A stretch of 64,000 nt of DNA from Deltaproteobacteria bacterium (GTDB taxonomy: Bacteria > Myxococcota > Kuafuiibacteriia > Kuafuiibacteriales > Kuafuiibacteriaceae): the NCBI GenBank assembly GCA_040218735.1, contig JAVJQW010000019.1, positions 64,001 to 128,000 on the forward strand, written 5' to 3'. A model generated the notes under the pieces. It saw only the letters and a program-made list of their open reading frames with translations, had not been told where the DNA came from and ran no database searches. The stretch's first letter is position 1, and the number at the start of each line of letters is the position of its first letter. Shown piece by piece: positions 27,998 through 36,534 of this stretch. The translations under genes were made by a program, and so were the position numbers.

Positions 27998-29701
27998 TCA
28001 GGGCTGCCGAAAGACGTAGGTCTTGATGCTGCTGGCGTCGTTGAAGTCGCCAGGGTTCGCGCCGTTCGAATGCCACGGGCGCTCCGCGCCGCAGATGATC
28101 AGATCGTCCTTACCGTCGCGGTTGAGATCCGCGATGACGTTGCCGCACTCCGCGATCGGATTCGGCATCGGGATCGCGTCCGTCACCCATTCGAAGTCAC
28201 CGTTGCCCAGGTTCCGGAACAAGAAGTTCTGGAAGATGTACTCCGCGAAACGATCCTCGAGCCAGCGCCGGTGCCCCTGGACGACGACCTCCGGCCACCC
28301 GTCGCCGTTCAGGTCACCCACGGCGATCGAAGGGAGGTCCACGTTTCCGACGCCGCTGTTCGTGAAGTCACCGCCGAGGTTTCCGGGCAACCCACCCGCG
28401 CCGATGTGAACGTTCTCCCAGGTGACGTAATCCAGCCCCGTGCCGGTGACGTTTCGGAGGATCGCCACGGAGTAGTGCGTGCTCCCGGGGTATTGCGGAC
28501 CGACGCGACCCGAGAACCCACCCGAGCCCGCGGACACGATATCGTTGAACCCATCGTTGTCGAGGTCGCCTATCCAGTACTGGAGGTTGTCGCCCCCGTT
28601 GCAGAAGTTCCCAGTGCGATTCGGGTTGGGCGCGGTGTTGATGTCGTCGCGCCCGTAATTGCGAAGTGAGTAGTTCGGAATCACCGTCCAGTAGTCACGC
28701 CCGAACGTCCCGCCGTTGTTCTTGTGAATCTGGCCGTACAGCTCGTTGCCGCAGAAGTAGTCGCCGAAGGGCACCGCCGCGTTTCCGCCGATCGCGATCT
28801 CCGGGTACCCATCTCCGTCGAGGTCACCCGCGGCGATCGTTCCGCCGTAGACGATCTGATGCGGGAAGCCTGTCTGCATCTTCGCGAACCCCGCGCCGTT
28901 CCAGCGGTACCAGAGCCCGGACCCCGCGCCGCCGAAGCTGTCGGCATAACCGTCGGCGTTGAAGACGATGTCGTCGGTGCCGTCCTGGTCGATGTCCGCG
29001 ATCGCCATACCGATCGAGTTGGAATGCACGCCGAAGCCGGGTTCGAGCGCGGCCGTCGTGAAGTTGCCGTTGCCGTCGCCGAAGTAGGCGAGGGTGTCGC
29101 GCTCGACGCTGATCTGCACCACGAAGTCGCGGTGCCCATCGCCGTTCACGTCGCCGGTCACGACCGACGCTTCACACACGCCCTGGTTGGGCCAGGTCTG
29201 CGCGAGGACGAACGACGTCGGGCCGCCCATCGTCGACACGTTCTCGTAGTAGCGCCCCTCCATCGAGCCGCTGCAGTTGATGCCGTCGGAGTGGCCGGCG
29301 TCCCAGAATCCGAACATCACGACGTCGTTGTCGCCGTCCTCGTCGAAGTCTTCGACGCCGATGCCGCCGAGGTACATGCCCGGGATGCCCGGGTCCTCGC
29401 GGATCAGCCCGAACGGACCGGGGTCGGCGGGGCCGAGGTCGGGCCGCGGCCCGCCGTCGCGCGGGGGCCTGCGGCCCGCGTCGCGGAAGCCGGCGTCGAC
29501 GCCGCCCGCCGGACCGGCGTCGCGCACGGCGTTCGGTCCGCCGTCGCGCACCGCATTCGGACCGCCGTCGCGGGGCGCCGCGTCCTCGCCGCCACCGTCA
29601 CCCGGGACCTGCCCCGGGATGTTTCGCTCGAAGCGTGACTCGCCGTCGGGGACACACGCTGCGGCGCAGAGCACGAGCAAGGCAGGCGCACGCAGGTCCA
29701 T
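27998..29701 (-). CDS. FG-GAP/VCBS-repeat beta-propeller lipoprotein
   Basis: Lipobox CAAAC; repeated GDxNGDGxxD/E motifs; RDGG/DAG linker repeats. Confidence 0.85.
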   Translation of the reverse strand: MDLRAPALLVLCAAACVPDGESRFERNIPGQVPGDGGGEDAAPRDGGPNAVRDGGPNAVRDAGPAGGVDAGFRDAGRRPPRDGGPRPDLGPADPGPFGLIREDPGIPGMYLGGIGVEDFDEDGDNDVVMFGFWDAGHSDGINCSGSMEGRYYENVSTMGGPTSFVLAQTWPNQGVCEASVVTGDVNGDGHRDFVVQISVERDTLAYFGDGNGNFTTAALEPGFGVHSNSIGMAIADIDQDGTDDIVFNADGYADSFGGAGSGLWYRWNGAGFAKMQTGFPHQIVYGGTIAAGDLDGDGYPEIAIGGNAAVPFGDYFCGNELYGQIHKNNGGTFGRDYWTVIPNYSLRNYGRDDINTAPNPNRTGNFCNGGDNLQYWIGDLDNDGFNDIVSAGSGGFSGRVGPQYPGSTHYSVAILRNVTGTGLDYVTWENVHIGAGGLPGNLGGDFTNSGVGNVDLPSIAVGDLNGDGWPEVVVQGHRRWLEDRFAEYIFQNFLFRNLGNGDFEWVTDAIPMPNPIAECGNVIADLNRDGKDDLIICGAERPWHSNGANPGDFNDASSIKTYVFRQP

Positions 29702-29787
29702 CCCATAGGAATGATAGAACCGGGGGATCTGTGACGACAAAGCCCGACTTCGTCGCCGACGCACCGCGACATCCTACCCTTCCCGGA

Positions 29788-29811
29788 AATTAGTTGCGTT
29801 CGCAACCAATT
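29788..29811. promoter_or_regulatory. Palindromic operator (likely MarR autoregulatory site)
   Basis: AATT-A-GTTGCG-TT-CGCAAC-C-AATT ends 17 nt before the marR-like start and just after a TACCCT -10-like box (29775-29780). Confidence 0.65.
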
Positions 29812-29828
29812 GGAGTCAGCGTCGCGGC

Positions 29829-30275
29829 GTGAACGCCCAAGACCTACGGGCCGGGGTGCAGGGGTTCGTCCGCCGCTTCGGACTCCTCGCCCCGGATCGA
29901 ACGCCCTGCGGGGAGGCGCTGCCCCCCGCGACCGCCCACGCGCTGCTGTTCCTGCTCGACGCGCCCGCGCCCACGCAGCAGGACCTCGTCGAAGCGCTCG
30001 GCCTCGACAAGAGCAACGTCGCGCGGCTCTGCCAGCGCCTCGAGCGCGCAGGGCACGTGACCCGGCTCGTCGACGCCGAGGACCGCCGGGCGCGGCGCGT
30101 TCGGCTGACGGCGAAGGGCCACCGCCTCGCGTCGCGGGTCGATGCGTCGAGCCGCGCGCGCTTCGACGCGGTGTTCGCGGCGCTGTCCGTCCGTGACCGC
30201 TCCGTCGTCGTGGACGCGCTCGCGCGACTGACGGCGGCGATCGACGTCGTCGCCGACGAGCGGGTGAGCGCATGA
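29829..30275 (+). CDS. MarR-family transcriptional regulator
   Basis: TQQDLVEALGLDKSNVARLCQRLERAGHV...EDRR..VRLTAKG; TPCG motif. Confidence 0.9.
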   Translation: MNAQDLRAGVQGFVRRFGLLAPDRTPCGEALPPATAHALLFLLDAPAPTQQDLVEALGLDKSNVARLCQRLERAGHVTRLVDAEDRRARRVRLTAKGHRLASRVDASSRARFDAVFAALSVRDRSVVVDALARLTAAIDVVADERVSA

Positions 30276-30850
30276 GCTGCCGACGCAGAATCCTCGTTAC
30301 TTGCGAAGCCACAGGCTTGGTCCGCGTCGCCGGGGCGTTGTTCGCGGCCGCGCTCCTCGCGGGGTGTCCGGCGGCGAAGACGGTCGAGGCGCAGCCGGCG
30401 GCGCCGACGTCCGCGCCCGCCTCGCAGCCCGCCTCGCCGCACGCCGAGCTCACGCAAATGGACGGGCGCATCGTGGTCCCGATGCCGCCGCGCATGGCAA
30501 ATCATCACCGGCAGCAGATGCGGTCGCACCTGGAGGTCGTGCAGCAGATCGTCGCTGCGCTCGCGACCGACGACTTCGCCCAGGTCCGCAAGGCGGCCGA
30601 GCCGATCGCGGCGTCGGCGTCGAACGATCACCAGTGCGAGATGATGGGACGCGGCGCGGAGGGCTTCACGGAGCAGGCGCTTCGTTTTCACGAGACGGCG
30701 AACGGGATCCTCGGGGCGGCCGACAAGAAAGACCGCGCCGGCGTGCTCACCGCGCTGTCCGAGACCGTCGCAGTGTGCACCGGGTGCCACGCGGCGTTCC
30801 AGCAGGAGATCGTGACCTGGGATGATTGGAAAGCGCGCACGGCGAAGTGA
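30272..30850 (+). CDS. Class II (c'-like) cytochrome c lipoprotein
   Basis: Lipobox LLAGC; helical body; C-terminal CTGCH. Start may be later (TTG 30318). Confidence 0.78.
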   Translation: MSCRRRILVTCEATGLVRVAGALFAAALLAGCPAAKTVEAQPAAPTSAPASQPASPHAELTQMDGRIVVPMPPRMANHHRQQMRSHLEVVQQIVAALATDDFAQVRKAAEPIAASASNDHQCEMMGRGAEGFTEQALRFHETANGILGAADKKDRAGVLTALSETVAVCTGCHAAFQQEIVTWDDWKARTAK

Positions 30851-30898
30851 CCCGCGCACGGGTTGTCATCCGCCCTCGTCCCCGGGGAAGCTGGAGCC

Positions 30899-31303
30899 GT
30901 GAAAGGTATTCTGCGCTGCCTCGTGGTCGCGGCGTTCGCGCTGGTCGCGGGCTGCGGCGACGGCCCCGACACCACCGGCGCGGGGATGCTCCCGGTGCGC
31001 TTCGTCGTCGACCCGCAGGACTACAAGTTCGGCCCGGTCGACGTCGGCACGGTCGCCACCGCGACGATCACCCTGACCAACCTCACGAACCGCTCGGCCC
31101 GAGTCGCGCTCGGCGACACCACCTCGGACGTGTTCACGTTCGAGCTCGAATCGATGGACGTCCTCCCGAGCGAGGTCAAGAACCTCCGCGTCACGTTCGA
31201 ACCGAACGGCACGGGCGCCTTCGAACACGACCTCGACGTGCACCTCAGCCTGACGACCGGCGAGGCGACCATCGCCGTACGCATCGAAGGGCGCGGACTC
31301 TAA
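30899..31303 (+). CDS. Lipoprotein with Ig-like ASH/choice-of-anchor-D domain
   Basis: GGAG then GTG; lipobox LVAGC; FGPVDVG..ATITLTN...VTFEP...IEGRG. Confidence 0.72.
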   Translation: MKGILRCLVVAAFALVAGCGDGPDTTGAGMLPVRFVVDPQDYKFGPVDVGTVATATITLTNLTNRSARVALGDTTSDVFTFELESMDVLPSEVKNLRVTFEPNGTGAFEHDLDVHLSLTTGEATIAVRIEGRGL

Positions 31304-31360
31304 CGGAATAGCCGGCAAGGGAGTGGCCAGGTCACTCACGCAGCGAGAGACCGTCAGGAC

Positions 31361-32710
31361 CTAGCCCTCCCCGTACGGGTCGTTCGTCGCGGCGAGGTGT
31401 TCATCGAGCCGACCGCGTAGCCGGGCGAGGACGGGCGCGAGCGCATCGTCGTCGACGCGGTTGTCCTGCTCGTTCGGATCCACTTCGAGATCGTAGAGCT
31501 CTTCGGGCGCCCGCGGCGCCCGCCACGGGTGGTCCTCGGCGAGCTCGAGCGCCTGCACCCAGTCTTGCCCGCCGCCCTCCAGCGGAACGGGAAGATCGTT
31601 GTCGTTGCGGATGTAGCGGTACCGTCTATCGCGCACGCTGCGCATCGGGAACGCCGGGCCGGTGTGCGCCGTCATCTCGCCGAACACGACGTCGCTCGCC
31701 GCGAAGTCATCGCCGGCGAGCAGGGGGGCGAGCGAACGCCCCTGCACCGACGCCGGGATCTCGACGCCGGCGAGGTCGAGCAGCGTGGGCATGAGGTCGA
31801 CGGACGAGACGAGCTGGGCGCTGCGCCGGCTCTCGAGCGCCGCCGGCCAGTGGAAGAAGAACGGCGTGCCCGTGCCGCGATCGTAGAGCGTCAGTTTGTT
31901 GTGCGGGAACGGGCTTCCGTTGTCGCTGATGAACGCGATGAGCGTGTCGTCGAGCAGGCCGTCCGCTTCGAGCGCGGCCACGACCTCGCCGATCATCACG
32001 TCCATGCGATCGACCTGGCTGTAGTACGCCGCGAGCTCTTCCCGCGCGCCCGGGACGTCCGGCAGCACCATGTACTCCGGCATCGTCAGCGCCGCGGGAT
32101 CGCGCGGGTGATCCGCGTGCTGCGTGAACGCGCCGAGCAGGTTGCGGTGCGGGTTCATGTAGTTCAGCTCGAGGAACCACCGCTCGCGGCCCCGGCGTCG
32201 GATGAAGTCGATGGTCTGCGACGCGTCGACGATCCACTGCGTCGCGAGCGTCGTCATCACCTCCTGGTACCCGAAGCGATCCGCCTCGCTCGGGAACGCG
32301 AGGTGGAACTTGCCTTCGATCGCCGTGACGTACCCCGCGTCGCGCAGGTGCCGCGCGAGCGTCGGCGAGCCGTCCGGCAGCGACAGCTCCGGCATCCGGT
32401 GCACCAGCCCGGTCACGCCGTGCGTGTGCGGGTACTGACCGGTCGCGTACGTCGTACGGCTCGACGAACAGGTCGAGGTCACGTCGAACGCGTGGGAGAA
32501 GGAGACGCCGCGCGCTTCGAGGCGATCGAGGTTCGGCGTCGAGGCGTTCGGGTTGCCGGCGGACGACAGATCCTTCCAGCCGAGGTCGTCCGCGGTGATG
32601 AACAGGATGCGCTCGGGCGTCCGCGCCGAACCGCACGCGAAGAGTGGCCCCACGGCGACGGTCGCGCCCGCCGCACGGAGAACATCGCGCCGCGTCCAGC
32701 TCCCGACCAC
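31361..32710 (-). CDS. Tat-exported sulfatase
   Basis: TRRDVL twin-arginine; ITADDLG; CSSSR formylglycine motif; GKFHL; SDNG; EELYDLEVDPNEQDN. Confidence 0.9.
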   Translation of the reverse strand: MVGSWTRRDVLRAAGATVAVGPLFACGSARTPERILFITADDLGWKDLSSAGNPNASTPNLDRLEARGVSFSHAFDVTSTCSSSRTTYATGQYPHTHGVTGLVHRMPELSLPDGSPTLARHLRDAGYVTAIEGKFHLAFPSEADRFGYQEVMTTLATQWIVDASQTIDFIRRRGRERWFLELNYMNPHRNLLGAFTQHADHPRDPAALTMPEYMVLPDVPGAREELAAYYSQVDRMDVMIGEVVAALEADGLLDDTLIAFISDNGSPFPHNKLTLYDRGTGTPFFFHWPAALESRRSAQLVSSVDLMPTLLDLAGVEIPASVQGRSLAPLLAGDDFAASDVVFGEMTAHTGPAFPMRSVRDRRYRYIRNDNDLPVPLEGGGQDWVQALELAEDHPWRAPRAPEELYDLEVDPNEQDNRVDDDALAPVLARLRGRLDEHLAATNDPYGEG

Positions 32711-32789
32711 GGGACGAAGACTGCCGCCCGGACACCGACGACGTCCACCGACGGTTGTCACCACCCATCGCGCGAGGAAAGCTGTGCGC

Positions 32790-33200
32790 GTGGCGCTCTC
32801 GCTCCGATTCGCAGCGACCGCGCTCGTCGCGTTCGTCGCGAGCTGCGGCAATGACGTGATGGTGGTCGAAGCCACCGAACGACCTCCGTTCGAGCTCGAG
32901 GTTCGGCCCTCCCGCTACAAGTTCGGCGGTGTCGATATCGGCGCCACCGTGACCGCCACGGTCAGCGTCCACAACGTCGGGAGGGAGCCCGTCGCGGTGA
33001 CCCTCGCGGACCTCAGCGCCGGTCCCTTCACGTTCGCCATGGCGGAGAGCCTCGTCACGCCCGTGCGCTTCGGTGCGCCCCTCCTCGTGACGTTCGCTCC
33101 GACCGAGCCGGGCGAAAGCACCCACGTCCTCGAGATCCGCGGCGAGCTGCGAGGCCACGAACACATCGTCACCCTCGACGTGGAAGGCCGAGCGTTCTGA
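32790..33200 (+). CDS. Lipoprotein with Ig-like ASH domain (paralogue of 30899-31303)
   Basis: Lipobox VASC; YKFGGVDIGATVTATVSVHN...VTFAP...VEGRA. Confidence 0.7.
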   Translation: MALSLRFAATALVAFVASCGNDVMVVEATERPPFELEVRPSRYKFGGVDIGATVTATVSVHNVGREPVAVTLADLSAGPFTFAMAESLVTPVRFGAPLLVTFAPTEPGESTHVLEIRGELRGHEHIVTLDVEGRAF

Positions 33201-33215
33201 CGAGTAGGACCCGCG

Positions 33216-34787
33216 CTACGGCTTCTTGCCCGCGAACACGTGCGTCACGATCGTCTCCGGCGTGTTCTTGTCGTCCGGGTTGTTGCCGTTCGAGTGGAAC
33301 GGCTCCTCCGCGCCGCTGACGAGCAGGTCGTTCCACCCGTCGCCGTCGAAGTCCGCGATCACGCCGCCGCCTTCGCCGAAGTCTCGCTGCAGGCCGAGCA
33401 CGCTGTCGTCCCACTGCCACGTGCCGTCGGCCTGGTTCACGAAGAACAGCGTGTCGAACTTGTAGCCGCCGGGGTTCTTCTCCCAGTCGCGCCGGTGCCC
33501 CTGCAGGAAGATCTCCGGCCACCCGTCGCCGTTGAGATCCCCGACCGCGATGCTCTGCAGGTCCACGTTGCCCGCGCCGGTGTTCGTGCTGTCGCCGAAG
33601 TTGTGCCCTGCCTTGCCGTCCGGCCCCATCCCCTCGTTCTCCCAGGTCACGAAGTTCTTCCCCGTGCCGTCGACGTTCCGGAGGATCGCGAAGCTGTAGT
33701 GCGCCTCGCCCGGCATGTCGCGGCGCCCGAGGAAGCCGGCGGAGCCGGCGGAGATGATGTCGTTGTGCCCGTCGCGATCGACGTCCGCGATCACGTACTG
33801 GAGGTTATCGCCGCCGAGACAGCGGTTCGCGAAGCGCTTCGGGTTCGGCGCCTCGTCCGCGCTCGCCCGCCCGTAGTGTTTGAGCGCGAAGTTCGCGACG
33901 ACCACCATCGCCTCCTTCGCGATCTTCCCGCGCACGTTTGCATGCACCTGTCCGTAGAGGAGGTTCTCGCAGTAGTACGTCCCGAACGGCGCGCCCGCGT
34001 TACCGCCCACCGCGATCTCCGGGTACCCGTCGCCCGTCAGATCCCCCGCCGCGATCGTCCCGCCGTAGGACATGCGGTGGCTGAAGTCCTTCTGCATCCC
34101 GCGCCAGCGTTTACCGGTCCATCGGTACCAGAGCGCCTCGCCCGCCTTGTAGTGCTCGGCCTCGCCGCTGCTGTTGAAGATCAGATCGTCCTTGCCGTCG
34201 CGATCGACGTCCGCCGCCGCGAGCCCCATCGACGTCGAGTGGTTCCCGAAGTTCTTCTCCAGGATCGTTCGCTTGAATGTACCGTCACCGCGACCGAAGT
34301 ACGCCGACGTGTCGACGCCCTCCCGCACCTCGAACGCAAAGTCCGCGTGACCGTCACCGTCGAAGTCGCCCACCACGACTTGCGCCGCGCACACGCCGAT
34401 GTCTCGGTACCGCTGCTTCTGCTCGAACCGGATCGGACCGCCCTTCGTCGAACGGCTGAGGAACACGCGCACCTCGATGCCCGGCTGACAGATCTGCTGC
34501 GCGTCCAAGCAGCGCTTCTCGAAGTACCCGGCCATCACCACGTCGGCGCGACCGTCTTCGTCGAAGTCCGCCGTCGCGACGCCGCCCATGTACATCCCGG
34601 GGACGCCGTGGTCGGCCTGAAGCTCGAGCCGCGGACGCGGCACACGCAGCTTCGGCGGCGCCTCGACCTTCGGTTCGGGCGCCGCGGCCTCGACCGCGAC
34701 GGGCGGAGGAGGCGCCGGCGGCGGCGCGCTCGTGCAGGCCATCGACACGACGCACAGGACCCACGCTCGAGACCGGTCCGGAGGCAC
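33216..34787 (-). CDS. FG-GAP/VCBS-repeat lipoprotein (paralogue of 27998-29701)
   Basis: Shares long blocks: PGMY.GG, YGGTIAAGDL.GDGYPEIA.GGN, GGDNLQY, GNVDL.SIAVGDLNGDGWPE, HSNG.NP.D.N. Confidence 0.85.
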   Translation of the reverse strand: MPPDRSRAWVLCVVSMACTSAPPPAPPPPVAVEAAAPEPKVEAPPKLRVPRPRLELQADHGVPGMYMGGVATADFDEDGRADVVMAGYFEKRCLDAQQICQPGIEVRVFLSRSTKGGPIRFEQKQRYRDIGVCAAQVVVGDFDGDGHADFAFEVREGVDTSAYFGRGDGTFKRTILEKNFGNHSTSMGLAAADVDRDGKDDLIFNSSGEAEHYKAGEALWYRWTGKRWRGMQKDFSHRMSYGGTIAAGDLTGDGYPEIAVGGNAGAPFGTYYCENLLYGQVHANVRGKIAKEAMVVVANFALKHYGRASADEAPNPKRFANRCLGGDNLQYVIADVDRDGHNDIISAGSAGFLGRRDMPGEAHYSFAILRNVDGTGKNFVTWENEGMGPDGKAGHNFGDSTNTGAGNVDLQSIAVGDLNGDGWPEIFLQGHRRDWEKNPGGYKFDTLFFVNQADGTWQWDDSVLGLQRDFGEGGGVIADFDGDGWNDLLVSGAEEPFHSNGNNPDDKNTPETIVTHVFAGKKP

Positions 34788-34843
34788 GGTGGATCAGATA
34801 CCACGCGCAGCGGCGGTCACCGAGGCGGGCGGCGAAGAAGGCC

Positions 34844-35164
34844 TCAGTGCGTCGCCGTCACCTTGAGGCCGACGACGGACGCGAGGAGCGTCGCGACGAA
34901 GAACATCCGAAGAGGCGGGAGACCTTCACCCGCGAGCAGCGCCCCGCCGATCGCGCTCCCCACCACGCCGATGCCGACCCAGACCGCGTAGGCCGTGCCG
35001 ATGGGGAGCGTTCGTGTCGCGTGCGCGAGGAGGACCATACTGCCGACGATCGCCGCGCCGGTCGCGACGCTCGGAACGAGCCTCGTGAAGCCCTCGGTGT
35101 AACTGATGCCGAGGGACCACGCGACTTCGAGTGCGCCAGCGAGAAAGAGGACGAGCCACGCCAT
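34844..35164 (-). CDS. gdx: SMR-family guanidinium exporter (Gdx/SugE)
   Basis: 106 aa with four TMs; MAW..L..AG.LEV.W (Glu13); LPIGTAYAVWVGIG; GGAGG SD; upstream guanidine riboswitch. Confidence 0.88.
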   Translation of the reverse strand: MAWLVLFLAGALEVAWSLGISYTEGFTRLVPSVATGAAIVGSMVLLAHATRTLPIGTAYAVWVGIGVVGSAIGGALLAGEGLPPLRMFFVATLLASVVGLKVTATH

Positions 35165-35178
35165 GGAAAATCACCTCC

Positions 35179-35220
35179 ACGGCCCGTCGTGCCTACCTGG
35201 TACGGGTCGTCCTCGTCAGG
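35179..35220 (-). ncRNA. Guanidine-III (ykkC-III) riboswitch
   Basis: Minus strand CCTG-ACGAGG-ACGACCCGT-AC-CAGG-TAGG-CACG-ACGGGCCGT. P1 CCTG/CAGG; pseudoknot ACGACCCGT/ACGGGCCGT; conserved ACGAGG; abuts the SD of the SMR gene. Confidence 0.82.
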
Positions 35221-35296
35221 GCTCTTGATGAGCGTCCAGGAGGCTACGAAGCGACGCGGCACACGTCAACGCTCGACCTTGGGTGTGCCCGTCGAA

Positions 35297-36523
35297 TCAG
35301 AAGTCACGGTACGCAAGGTGCCAACCGCTCGGGACCATCTGGTCGTTGGGTTCGTCGCCGTTGAGTCCGAACACCGCGCCCGCCTTCGACTCCGACGGGC
35401 CGAAGTGCATCGCCGGGTTGCGCGTGCGGACGACGGCGTCCCCGAGCGCGACCGCTTCGAAGGCCACGATCGAACGCAGGTCCTTCGACACCACGAAGCG
35501 GCCGAGCAACCGACCGTCGTACTTGGTGTCGTTCTCCGGGCGGGAAGCGTCGAGGTGGAACTCGCCGGACAGCTCCAGGTGGACGACGTCCGACGCGACC
35601 GTCGACACCTTCGCCTTCAGCCACGAATTCGTCAGGTCCGGCGGGACCCAGGCCTGCCCCTCCGGCGTGAGCAGGTTCGTCAGCCCGAACCGCTCCACGT
35701 ACTTCGCGTCGAGCGATCGCTCGGCGCCCGGCTTCAGCTGCGACGGCACGAAGTCCGCGACTTCCGACTTCTTGATCCACAGGTAGTCGAAGTGGAAGTA
35801 CATCGCGTTGCGCTGGTCCAGGTCCGGGAAGCGCGGGTCCGGAAGCGACCGCTTCGTCACGCGGATGTCGATCACGTCCTCACGCGACGGGCGCCAGTGT
35901 GGCAGCGCGTCACCGGGCCGCAAGGGCTCTTGCAACAGACGGTCGGACTTCTCCATCCGGTCGTAGTCCCGTTTCGCCGCCTTCAACGCCTCGAGCGCGG
36001 ACTCGGGATCGTAGTCCGTGTAGTGCTCGAAGAGCTTGCCCGTCGAGCTCGCGAGCATGATGCCCTGGTACGCTCCCGGGAACGGCGACTGCGCGTAGAG
36101 CCGCTGCATGATCGCGTACTCCCGCTTCCCCGCCTCCTTGCGGTTCACGTACTCCAGGTCGCTCGTCGCGACCGCCACGAAGTTCTCTCGAATGTATTGC
36201 GCCACGCGCGGGTCGTTGCAGACCAACTGCCTGCTTCGTACGCCGTTCTGTCAGCACGCGCCTCGCGGGCCCCCGAAGTACAGCCACAGGAGCAACGGTT
36301 TGTCGGTGCGCTGCGATTCGCGGATGCCCTCGTAGGCGGTCGAGTGCCAGTTGACCGCCTGAAACTGCAGGTCACCGGGGCGGAGCCGGACGAGCTCTTT
36401 CACACGGTCGTACGTGGAAGGGGTGAGCTCTCGGGGGACCGTCGCGGGGTCGATCGCCGGTACGGACGGCGTGCTCGCGCAGCCGAGCATCGCCACGAAC
36501 GGGAGCCACTTCTCGATCCGCAT
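35297..36523 (-). CDS. Probable selenoprotein: thioredoxin-like lipoprotein with Cys-Sec (UGA at 36253-36251)
   Basis: ORFs 36251-36523 and 35297-36226 are in one frame, separated only by TGA: KPLLLWLYFGGPRGAC-U-QNGVRSRQLVCNDPRVAQYIRENFVAV. Lipobox MLGC; SECIS-like hairpin follows. Confidence 0.75.
36211..36244 (-). promoter_or_regulatory. Putative bacterial SECIS element
   Basis: GCAGGC-AGTTG-GTCTGC 6-bp stem (one G-U) begins 16 nt after the UGA, with G at loop position 2; lower pairs GG/CC and CGT/ACG. Confidence 0.62.
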
Positions 36524-36534
36524 CGTCGCCCTCT

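Noticed and set aside
35179-35220. Guanidine-II (mini-ykkC) riboswitch
   Set aside because: Only one ACGA-capped hairpin forms well. The class III pseudoknot pairing fits much better.
35297-36523. Two separate genes or a nonsense pseudogene
   Set aside because: The TGA follows Cys at the redox-motif position, the frame is continuous, and a SECIS-like hairpin follows. Disfavoured but not excluded without homologue data.
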